Below, piece by piece: positions 1-9,802 of a DNA stretch of 43,775 bases. Location: positions 151,953,631-151,997,405 of the forward strand of contig NC_068982.1 in the NCBI RefSeq assembly GCF_001194135.2, given 5' to 3'. Position numbers and translations under genes: made by a program. Source of the DNA: Octopus bimaculoides. Taxonomy: Eukaryota. A model generated the notes under the pieces. The model was not told the DNA's origin. It made no database searches and saw only the letters and a list, made by a program, of their open reading frames with translations. Each line of letters begins with the position of its first letter. Position 1 is the first letter of the stretch.

Positions 1-71
1 GTTGTCTCTTGAGGTCTCTGGGTGAGACTTGGATCCAACTTGTACAAATGCAAAACAAAAGTCAAACATAA
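1..71 (+). mobile_element. Probable 3' UTR end of an R4/Dong-type LINE, running into a (TAA)n tail
   Basis: Non-coding sequence ending abruptly in a long (AAT)n tract. It resembles a remembered octopus LINE 3' end; not verified. Confidence 0.35.

Positions 72-157
<86 letters not shown>
72..157. repeat. (AAT)n microsatellite
   Basis: Pure trinucleotide tract. Confidence 0.98.
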
Positions 158-160
<3 letters not shown>

Positions 161-199
161 TAGAAAAACAATACTGAAATAGGTACAGATAGTTAAGCA

Positions 200-430
200 A
201 GTCTTAGACAAGATCAGAAGTAATGGTAATTGGTCTTGGACAAGATCAGAAGTAATGATATCACCATGACCAACAACTTATTGTGTGTTGCAGCAGTTAC
301 AGTAACGGAAAAACTTGGAGCGAAGATATCACAACTCCAAACGACAGAAAGAAAATACTGGTGGGAAAGAGGGTTGCAAAGACAGGTAGACCAGTTGCAA
401 AAATCAAGAGGAAAGTATTAAATAGTCGAA
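200..430 (+). mobile_element. R4/Dong-type LINE, N-terminal ORF fragment
   Basis: Translation DITMTNNLLCVAAVTVTEKLGAK...KYWWERGLQRQVDQLQK fits the pre-RT region of R4-clade ORFs (N.L.Y.AA.V...LG / PWW.RRL...I..LRK pattern). Confidence 0.55.
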
Positions 431-489
431 AAGAAGAGATAGCATGGTACTATAGATGGTAGGTAGCAAGCCCACTACGTATACAAAAG

Positions 490-522
490 CGCGGGTGTTC
501 TAATAACACCCGAGTTGAAAGA

Positions 523-580
<58 letters not shown>
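490..580 (+). mobile_element. LINE/SINE-like 3' end: 8-bp stem-loop followed by a (GAT)n tail
   Basis: CGGGTGTT-ctaat-AACACCCG at 492-512, then (GAT)n at about 523-580. Confidence 0.4.
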
Positions 581-581
<1 letters not shown>

Positions 582-876
582 GATAGAATAGAAGATCAAG
601 CTATGAAACCTTAAATAGTTGAACTAGGAATCTAACTTACCTTGCACAACATACACCACCCTAAAAACAATACTCTTAGGTTCTACCAACCAAAAATGCA
701 AAGGATTCCTAACGCGGAAAACACCGTTAGTACTGCGATAGTGAAGCTGAAAAACTATGATGTACGTAGTTAAGAAACAACACTTGTAATTTTCTGACTT
801 TATTAGAAAAAATAATCATTAGAAGCGTTGGTTGTGCCGTAACAAATTGAGAGAGAGCTGGACTAAATGCCTTATG

Positions 877-914
877 GCTTTCTGAATTCTAATCATGATT
901 AGAATTCAGAAAGC
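877..914. repeat. Perfect 38-bp palindrome with no spacer
   Basis: GCTTTCTGAATTCTAATCA|TGATTAGAATTCAGAAAGC; the two 19-nt arms are exact reverse complements. Confidence 0.97.
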
Positions 915-1540
915 TTTTCATTTTCTTGTCAAATAAGTACTTGCCAATTATTAGGGGAACTCTACTCACCACCAACATAATTTATAATATTCTGCCATTC
1001 TCATGTTGTATGAATGACCATCACCACTAATCAAACATTCAGTTACTGTTCAGGTGTATTTCAATAGTAACTATCTTTTTTTTCGTTTTTTTTTTAATCT
1101 ATTCTCTTATTTTTATCTAATTAGGATCTTAAACAAATACAACAATAACGCAGAGAGCGAACAATAAAATTCCATCAAATAATGTTCTTAATTTTCAGTC
1201 AAAATATCGTATAACAGAGAAAAAAAACATTTTGTGTATAAATGAATCAAATTAAATAATTTTCTGATAATTATATAATCCCTCTCTCTCTCTCTAAATA
1301 AAATTTTGTTCAGTTTTATAAAATCAATTTATTCTTTATCATTTCTGACAATAGCAACAATTTTAAAAATTCTGTTTAACTACAAATATATTGGTATTAG
1401 GTGTTACATTCTACAATGTGAATTATGTAGCTATGCGTGTCTGCTTAGAAAGATATCGCTTGATTTTATTGACTACAGATAGAATGAACTGGATAGAAAC
1501 GAAGTACACTCATCGAATACTAGCTATGTGTGTGTATATG

Positions 1541-1664
1541 NNNNNNNNNNNNNNNNNNNNNNNNNNNNNNNNNNNNNNNNNNNNNNNNNNNNNNNNNNNN
1601 NNNNNNNNNNNNNNNNNNNNNNNNNNNNNNNNNNNNNNNNNNNNNNNNNNNNNNNNNNNNNNNN
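1541..1664. other. Assembly gap (N run); other gaps at 3061-3070, 19626-19787, about 23808-23822 and 30041-30210
   Basis: Runs of N, each next to a microsatellite or homopolymer. Confidence 0.99.
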
Positions 1665-1717
1665 TGTGTGTGTGTGCGTGTGTGTATAAATGTATGTAGT
1701 TCTGTGTGTATGTAATT

Positions 1718-1817
1718 GTCCCACTGCGCAGTACCTTGGGCAAGTGTCTTCTACTATAGCCTTGGGCCCACCAAAGCCTCATTAGTGAATTTGGTAGACG
1801 GAAACTGGAAGATCCCC
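1718..1817 (+). mobile_element. SINE fragment with CORE-like domain
   Basis: Contains ACCTTGGGCAAGTGTC, matching the CORE-domain motif ACCTTGGGCAAGT; the 5' part is truncated. Confidence 0.55.
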
Positions 1818-2179
1818 GCTATACTCCACGGTTGTAACTTTATATTCTTACACTCCATAAGAGATCTCTTAAGGTTGCTATCAGCAATAAATCTAACCCA
1901 ATCACCATATCCCACCATACTGAAAGCGTCGATATAATACCCTGTGTTATTGATTAAGATTCTCTCATTCACAGAAAAATTAGATATCCTAATCAATATA
2001 TTCCTAACTTCATTAATGTACCTCGTATCATTACACAACCAATGGACGTAATAAAGATGCTCTTTGTCTATTTCTATGGTAGCTCGGATTCTGCACAATA
2101 GCCTATATGGAGTAATGATAGTTGTCAAACCGCGTCGAACGGTTTGAATACATGCACGTATGTGTGTGTGTGTGTGTGT

Positions 2180-2990
2180 ACCAGAGTAAGCACATAAATG
2201 CGAAACAAGGTGGAAAAAATAGTACTCGGATACCGGAGGTAGAGTAATATGCTTTATTAAAAGACCAGCAAAGATATCACTAAAACTGTTACTCGGAGTT
2301 TCACGTTCCCGTTCGTCGGACCGTTTAGAATGGAACAAAATAAGGTTATATGCATAGATATACAATTACTTTGATAGATACACATTTGAAAATGGTTTTG
2401 TTTCATTGGTCCTTTCAACTAATGGTCTTTTCTCAACCGGTTGTACGAAATTACAATTACAGTTTAAAATCATATTATTATAAAAATCGAAGAAAACCTT
2501 AAATCAAAAATATGTAGAAGGAAAAAAGACTTGAATACCCAGGATAAATAATTAGTGGCAAAAATAATAATAAATTTAAATAAATTAAAAGATGTATCCG
2601 TTTAAAAAAAGAAGACTTTTAACAAAGGACTAACATCCTAAAATACATATACATTTAGCAATACATACACATAGCAAACAACCTATATATACATATATAT
2701 ACTAAACATACAGGCGTTGGTACACGGCTACATACATATAAAGACAAATATAGGCAAAATATAAATAAATACAAATGCATATATATGTATCTCGCGGGTA
2801 TTGGAAAGAATTTCGGTGGGAATAACACCGAGTCTTGAATGAATTTTCCGAAGCCCCTGTGTAAGTTTTATATTCTTGTGAGCCATCTATTTGCACTTTA
2901 GCTTTATAAACAATTATTTTTTCAAGACATTTACCTTCTAACGGACAGCAAGTCTATCTTTAAAATTGCAGTTCCTCAGATTAGATTCGG
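2180..2990 (-). mobile_element. Penelope-like element 3' portion: GIY-YIG endonuclease remnant plus downstream pLTR-like region
   Basis: Minus-strand translation near 2787-2960: (CN.KD..)CCPLEGKCLEKIIVYKAKVQIDGSQEYKTYTGASENSFKTRCYSHRNSF, i.e. a Cys cluster plus a VY..Y.G GIY-YIG motif. A hammerhead motif follows on the same strand. Confidence 0.8.
2283..2326 (-). ncRNA. Minimal type I hammerhead ribozyme motif (U4C core variant)
   Basis: Minus strand AAACGGU-CCGACGA-ACG GGAA CGU-GAAA-CU CCG AG-UA-ACAGUUU. Stem I pairs 6 of 7, stem II has 3 bp, stem III is short, and the cleavage triplet is GUA. Confidence 0.7.
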
Positions 2991-3329
2991 CACTGTGGTT
3001 GTTTGTAATAATTTTTGCGTTCTTGTCCTATTTTTTATATTCTTATATATATATATATATNNNNNNNNNNGAACGATGAAAATGAGTGCTCAATGCTGCA
3101 TTGGTGAATATAATTTCTTTATTTGTGAATTAAGGTTACCATTGGTTTCGTGTTAAAAAAGGTAGGAAAATGTCCTTAATTTTTCAAGCCGATCACATGG
3201 AGAGAGGTGTTCGCTTCCAGTTTGGAAAACACAGCATATATATGCATACATGTATATGTGTATATACATACAGATATCTATACCTATGTATCTATTTTCT
3301 ATGTATGTGTGATTGAGTGAGTGAGTGCG

Positions 3330-3364
<35 letters not shown>

Positions 3365-3629
3365 CTTTAGTTTTTACATGTTTGTTTTGTTCTGTCTTTT
3401 AACCGGAGAAGCAATTTAAGTATTGAATACATAAAACACAATAGTTGTATTCTAAATTGTTAAACTAATGACTCTTAGGACTAGTACTGTTCTTTGTTCT
3501 TATAATACTAAAAAAAACCAGAGAAAACAGAGAAAACAGAGAAAACTGATCAAATCTTGTAAGATTCATAAATTCAGTATATACATATATATGCATTCAT
3601 TCATACATACATACATACATACACACATA

Positions 3630-4070
3630 CAAGTCGATAGAAAACAAACCGATCTAATGTTATACGCGATGGACCAAATAACAGAAAAACGATTAGCAGA
3701 GACTGAAAATCCTAAATTTTGGACACTGAATGTTCTACTATATCGGTCTGCTGTTACCATTCACCAGCAGAAGGCAATAGCGTAGATCGATCGCAGTGAG
3801 AAGAAATAACCAAAATAGATTAGTTTTCACCAGACACATGTCGACAAACTTAAGAAAAATTTTCGACAACTAGACACTATCATTAAATGTAAAGTGAATG
3901 ATAAATTCACGAACAACCAGCTGCAACTTTATGATAGATTATTTAAAGTCTATAGGAACCATCAACAAGAAACATTAACGGGCAAATTAATTGCTCTTAA
4001 GCATGAAATGCAGGCGGCAAAGGAACAATTTCATTATAAGAAAGATCTTCAAAAACGAAAATTCATCAAT
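3630..4070 (+). mobile_element. R4/Dong-type LINE, N-terminal ORF fragment with in-frame stops
   Basis: WTLNVLLYRSAVTI...VDKLKKNFRQLDTIIKCK...KLIALKHEMQAAKEQFHYKKDLQKRKFIN matches the helical pre-RT region of R4-clade ORFs. Confidence 0.5.
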
Positions 4071-4199
4071 TGTATATATATATATATATACAAAGTATAC
4101 ACGGTATACAATAAAACAATAGAGGGAAGCATACATAGTATAGAACAGTAAAAAGAAAGAAGGGAAAAAAGATGATAGTGATATGGTCCTCCTGATACA

Positions 4200-4860
4200 G
4201 GCGGGCCGCTAAGAATAATCGAGGATCTTCACCATGCAAGATTCCTCTAAACACCAAGAGTAAGTACCCTCTTCAATTTTTGTTCTCTAGAAATCTATAC
4301 TTAGGTCCATACTCAGAGCGATACCATCTGCTCTTATCATTTACGCAACTTTCACCCACCTTTCAATAAATTCACTCGAGGACAGAACCTCGGTCTCTAT
4401 TCTCGCATACCTTTTCAAGTGAAACTTGAAAAATTCGATAAGGGCAGTGTCTCTGTCCGCTAGCTTTTCAACCTCGTCCACAAGACAACCCCCTTCACCT
4501 CAGCCACCATGCAAAGGAAAACTGCACTACCTGACCGAATAAAGAAATGTGGCGGGGCAGTCACCTCTATGGAGTCGGTCAACAGACAGATCTGTTCCAC
4601 AGGCAACAGCAGCTATTCGGCATAACTCCACAAATGAGCAATGCCCGGGCACTGTACGAGTGCGTGCAGAATGGCTTCGTTGCTCTGCGCGCACATCGGA
4701 CAGGTCTATCTGGCACATCCTTCCTCAGCAGGCTACCTCACACATACTAACAGCAGTAGGAATTCTCCTGTTCTGCTACTAGTTACAGTAGACGTCTGTC
4801 AAGAGGCCGTCATTCCATCGCCCATCTGCTAACCAACTCCAGTACTAAACTCCAATTTCG
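4200..4860 (-). mobile_element. L1/Tx1-type LINE, C-terminal fragment (CCHC knuckle) plus 3' UTR
   Basis: Minus-strand CPMCAQSNEAILHALVQCPGIAHLWSY (knuckle at 4649-4702), then after a frameshift LIEFFKFHLKRYARIETEVLSSSEFIERWVKV. Homologous to 34545-35000. Confidence 0.75.
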
Positions 4861-7017
4861 TTAACTTGTTAACAAAAAGCCAAGATTAAATTTGTTAATC
4901 CCCTTCCAAGCACATCTGTACTTCACCTGCGAAAAGGTATCTATCATCTATCACCTATCATCTGTCTTGTCAGAGATATAATGATAATCTCTCTTATCTG
5001 TATTCTGTCTATCTGAAAGTTATATTCCTACAACAGACTCTTAATATCGTCCTTCTTTTCTTTTAGTTTTCACTGATGCAAAAATATAACACTTTGCACC
5101 AATCGCATTTCTACATTTTCTCCTTTCATATATTGCGTGCGTGTGTGTGTGCGTGTGTGTGCGTAATTCTTTAGTATTTAAATCTCTGAGATGAGTTGAT
5201 GATAAGATAGTTAATTTTTGGATTATGAATACTTATGACACTGCGAATTCTGCTAAAGACACCAATGAACCAGGTAATGTTTTTAAGTCAAGTAGCATAT
5301 TCGGCCTCACTATTCAGGAAAGGGGGATATAGTCCATTCCAGTGAGATTTGAAAGTTGAAACGGCAGGTAACAAATTTGATGCCTCAAACAGTTTAATAT
5401 GCTCACGTACACAAATTCCAAGTGTAAGAAATTTCTTCCAAATTTTTTGTAATATGTGATCAAATAATTACTCCCAATATAAAAATCTTATTGTTTACTA
5501 GAAGTTATTTTTCATTATCACTGATAGTTCCTTCAAATATTTAACCTCAAGTAGTTCTTGCAACAAATCAACAAATGTTTGTGTAGTGAGAAGCTTTATA
5601 GAAGTTTTAATGAAGCTACACAAAAGCAAACTAAGGTCAATAACTGCATTACGCAGAGATGACGGACAATCTGGTCAGAGACACCAAGACAGGTGAGATA
5701 AATGTAGTCAATGCCTAGTTTGAAAAGCTGTAGGTTTTGAATTTTAAGATACCTCCAAATGCCTCAACCTTACTCTCACACACACACACACACTCACACA
5801 CACACATGCACACACTTCTGTGAAGACGCTATCTTTAAGATAGCATGTCTTACATTGATTTGATATCATTGTATCATATATTCCTACAGTATATCTGCGC
5901 AAGAATACATGTGGCATGTATGTAGCAAGAACGCTGGCAAGACATGCAACACGAAAGAAGCTCGAACGTCAACAGTAGCAAAGTAAAACAAAAGCTACAA
6001 GATGAAATTCAACTATGTTGAAAGAAAGTACATTTATTTATAAAGCATTGAAAAAGTACTGCCTAAATACTACTAAGTCTATATGCACACACACACACAC
6101 ACAAACATACACTTACACTTCGATGCATTTTAATACAGTTAGTATTCGTTACTAAGCACACTACCATCGTAAATACCGTTATCCTATCTCGTTTACGTGT
6201 AGTGAAAAATTAAGCCAATCTCATTCACATTATTGTCACACTTTTGATACAAACCGAATGAAAGAAGTGTATTGTTTGTTTATATATAACATTCAGTTAT
6301 ATAATCAAATATTGCTACATACAAAATTAAAGTGAAGTGAAGCAAGCTCATATGTAGATATTTAATAACAATATAGATTTATGTTGAAAAGAAAAATACT
6401 AAAAATATAGTTACCTTTGTTAATGCAATGGAAGCATGTAACAGTTGAAAATGCAAAAGCAAACAGTTATAAGATGAAATATTGCAACGCAGTTTTTAAC
6501 AGAATGGGCATTTAATGTTAAAAAAACAATGATGAATAAATGAAAAATATTAACTGAAAAAAAATGAAACACAAGCTGTAATAATAATAAGAGTGAATCC
6601 TACTACCGAAAAAATTTCAACACAAAATGTTGTCAACAGCTGACACAGGCTTAAAACAAAACATTATTAGCATTAAACAAACAGGAAGAAAACACACTAT
6701 TAATGATAATAGATATGTAAAAAAAAAAATCAATAAAAATTTTTGAATGGCTTATATCATACAGAAATAGCAAATGGTGGTATAGAGATATTCAAACATG
6801 CAAGATTTGCCAAGTAAAAATTCAAATAAAAGGTTACTTCTGTTCGTACAAACGCATAAACTGTAACCTGATCATGAATACTTCTCTCCGGCTGGGGACT
6901 GTATAAAAGAGATTAGTGCATATCATTGCACATGTGTTTTCGGAAGTACATACTAAACATGTATTTCTAAAAAAATATATGGAAGATTAAACTCTTATTA
7001 AAACAATCATTGAAATT

Positions 7018-7270
7018 TATGATGTATGCTAGACTTGGTAGATAGAGCAGCCAAATCTTCCTCAAATTACATCCTACTGCTTTATGTATATATCTTTTGA
7101 CTATTGTGGGATATCTCTACGTTGTAATGGTTCTGTTAGAAATGGCAGCTAAATCTCCCTCAAATCACTCCACACTAAAAAAAATATTTAAATCTATGAT
7201 GTATAAAGCTTAATGTATGCTAGAGCTGGCAGAAATTGTCGCCAAATCCCCTTCAAATTAACCATACTTT
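7018..7270 (+). mobile_element. Dispersed non-autonomous repeat with internal subrepeat GCAGCCAAATCTYCCTCAAAT; related copies near 7607-7830, 9372-10015, 39005-39150 and 41600-41760
   Basis: The same motifs (ATGCTAGA..., GCAGCYAAAT..., ATGATGTATAAA) recur in order in the first three copies; the last two share parts. Confidence 0.7.
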
Positions 7271-7384
7271 CTAAAAATAGCAACCAAACCTTGTCCTGGA
7301 GCTGATAGAACACAACTCAAATATACATTCCGAATGAAATCTTTTTGCAGACGTTATATAAATAATGATTAATCTATGTATAAT

Positions 7385-7433
7385 TCAACTGCTATTTCTA
7401 ACTTATGTGTGTGTGTGTGTGTGCGTGTGTGTC

Positions 7434-7516
<83 letters not shown>

Positions 7517-7520
7517 GTGC
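7385..7520. repeat. (TG)n microsatellite; similar tracts near 3320-3364, 9048-9088, 15003-15063, 20447-20470 and 29010-29112
   Basis: Dinucleotide tracts. Confidence 0.98.
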
Positions 7521-7883
7521 GCGCGCGTTTTACCGTATTTATTTTATGCATATATTTCATTACTATAATCAAATGTCAAAGTTTTAAAACGAACATGAAT
7601 ATTTTTGATATATGCAAAACCTGATAGATATAGCAGCCAAAGTACCGTCTACTGTTTTATGTATGTATATGTTTATTGACCATAGTGGGACGTTTCTAGA
7701 TGCCCCTGTTTAGAAGTAACGTAAGTCTCCTTCCAATCACACCCTCCAAAACAAAAATATTTAATTCATGATGTATAAAAGCGGTAATGAATGCTAGAGT
7801 TGTTAGAAACAGCAGCCAAAGATTTGTATATTGTGGTATATCAACATCTTTTAACCACAATTTAATGCGATAGCACGAATTTA

Positions 7884-8283
7884 AAAGATTTATCCGAAAG
7901 AAAAAAAACCGTGATTTTGTTATTTTTAGCACACATCAATGACAAAAAGAAATGAGTAAACAAGTAGTTTTAGGCATTCAATATGTATTTAATGCAAATG
8001 CGATGAACAACACGTTACAAGCGATAAACACATTACAATTTTCCCCACAAATGGTTTCAATACAGTTTTAATGGAAAGATTTGGAAGAATTAGATGAAAG
8101 TTCTCCAGTAATTTTCTTTCATGTAAATAAATACTTATGTTAATTAGAAAGATTTATCCCAAAAGCGTTATTTAGCTGTTATTTTTAGCACATTTCACAA
8201 CCACCTTCATAACTAAAAAAAAAACGAGTAAAGAAGTTTTAAGTATTCAATACGCATTTAATGCGATGAACAACACGTTACAA
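7884..8283 (+). repeat. Imperfect direct duplication, period about 263 bp
   Basis: ATGCGATGAACAACACGTTACAA is identical at 7998-8020 and 8261-8283; AAAGATTTATCC occurs at 7884 and 8148. Confidence 0.85.
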
Positions 8284-8425
8284 ATTAAATATTTAAAAAA
8301 AAACATTTTGTTGACCAGTTCATAAATTCACATGCTTAACTGTCAACAGATAGGTAAAACAAGTGGTTTGAATATATTTGTCAGCAGATGCTTTCTCGCA
8401 GACAAATAATTCTCATTTTCCACTT

Positions 8426-8642
8426 GTTACTATGGAAACGGGCATGAATGTGTGTGTGTCTTACGATTGGCTAAAATTACCAAAATTTTCAAATTTTAAT
8501 TGCTAATAACTATTTATTTATTGATTTATAGCGAAAATGATTTTCACGTCATTCATTAGTCAATAAAAGCGTATCATTACACCGAATAAGAAATCAATTC
8601 GAACAAAATTGATGCTGGCAGCCAAACCGACTAGATCCCGCC
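8426..8642. promoter_or_regulatory. Motif cluster: RFX X-box, reverse CCAAT box, CRE-like site, GC box
   Basis: GTTACTATGGAAAC 8426-8439 fits GTHNYYATRRNAAC; ATTGG 8466-8470; TCACGTCA 8544-8551; CCCGCC 8637-8642. Motif matches only. Confidence 0.3.
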
Positions 8643-9047
8643 TTTCTTCTGGGCTCCTCAGTAGAGGAAATTAGTTGGTCTATGTTCATTTAAAATCCTT
8701 AGGAATTCTACACGACCAATTTTCTTTTCTTCTTTTCTTTTTTTCTTACTCTCTTAACAGTGGAGAAAAGAAATGAAGAGATAGAGGCAAGGAAATGAAT
8801 GCCTCATAGTCGTTTAAAATTGAAATTAACATTATAGATAAGCATAATCGATATTTTCTTTTCTTTTTTTTACTTTTAACTGTGGAGGAGGCGAAGAGGA
8901 AAAGTCTCTTACGTGTTAGATTATCATTCTTGGAGTTTTAGAAGGATTTTGAGTTCTTTTTTTATTTTTTGTCTTTATTCGCCTTGTTTGATAGTTCTTA
9001 ATGTAGACACGTTTACCATTTTCTCTCTACAAACTACATACGAGTCC

Positions 9048-9093
<46 letters not shown>

Positions 9094-9400
9094 GGACATG
9101 CATGTGGGATCTCTGGTCGTATTTCCATGTTGTTTATTACGTCGAGATGACTTAGGATCAATTTTCCATTATATTTCATTTCGCCATGGCACTTTGTCAT
9201 CAGTTTTGTGTGTAGCATTTAGAATTCGGCCAGCGTTTAATATTTTATCTAAATATTCTTTGACATATAGCACATTACATATGTGTCTGTAACTGTCTCT
9301 TTTACATGCATTTATTTCATTACGATAATTAAATGTCAATTAAAATCTGATTAAAGCAAACTGTAATTTATTATGTATGCTAGACCTGATAGATATAGTA

Positions 9401-9802
9401 GCAGCGCTGGATTAAGGCATTAAGCAAAATAATATCGTGCTTAGGGCATCCAGGGAAGTGGGGAATGGAGGAGGGGGGGGCAACTCAGAAATGGTAAGTG
9501 TCTTACGGCACAAAAGAATCATTTTAAATTTACCAAGATATTTTCGAAGTGTCTTATATTATCGGAAATATAATTTCGATATGTTCATGGTGTCATAGTG
9601 AGGATCTGATCAAAGATTTTGAAATTAAAACAAAATGTAGGAAACTTTTCAAACATAAATAAAATGGAACTGTGCAAAAAATAAATATCATTTTCTATCT
9701 TACTATTAATTTTGTTCTATTTTCAAAAATAACAATTTATCTTATGGCTTATTATTGCTTATATTTAGAATTACATATATAAGGGGCACCAAAATCGGCC
9801 CT
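9401..9802. mobile_element. hAT-type MITE with 8-bp target site duplication
   Basis: ATATAGTA at 9393-9400 and 9803-9810. Ends are degenerate (CAGCGCTGGATT / reverse complement AGGGCCGATTT). Removing the insert restores the host repeat seen intact at 7025-7070. Confidence 0.6.

Noticed and set aside
201-257. 25-bp direct repeat with period 32
   Set aside because: Ordinary local duplication inside a dead LINE fragment.
2125-2147. 8-bp hairpin as a Helitron 3' end
   Set aside because: No CTRR terminus at the expected distance on either strand.
5225-5273. ATG-initiated 16-codon stretch ending at CAG|GTAATG, phase-compatible with the HCN exon
   Set aside because: Phase match is a 1-in-3 event, the peptide is unrecognised, and the product would lack S1-S2. 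It needs junction reads to 20741.
5290-5600. Protein-like minus-strand frame (..FVDLLQELLEVKYLKEL..)
   Set aside because: Several in-frame stops and no family recognised.
5610-5692. Short ORF ending at AG|GTGAGA
   Set aside because: Phase 2, incompatible with the HCN exon, and no homology recognised.
6902-6909. TATAAAAG as a promoter
   Set aside because: Isolated motif in AT-rich DNA with no well-spaced initiator or exon.
7365-7624. CVCVCV / HTHTHT ORFs (also near 8.9, 15, 28.9, 39.3 and 40 kb)
   Set aside because: Microsatellite translations.
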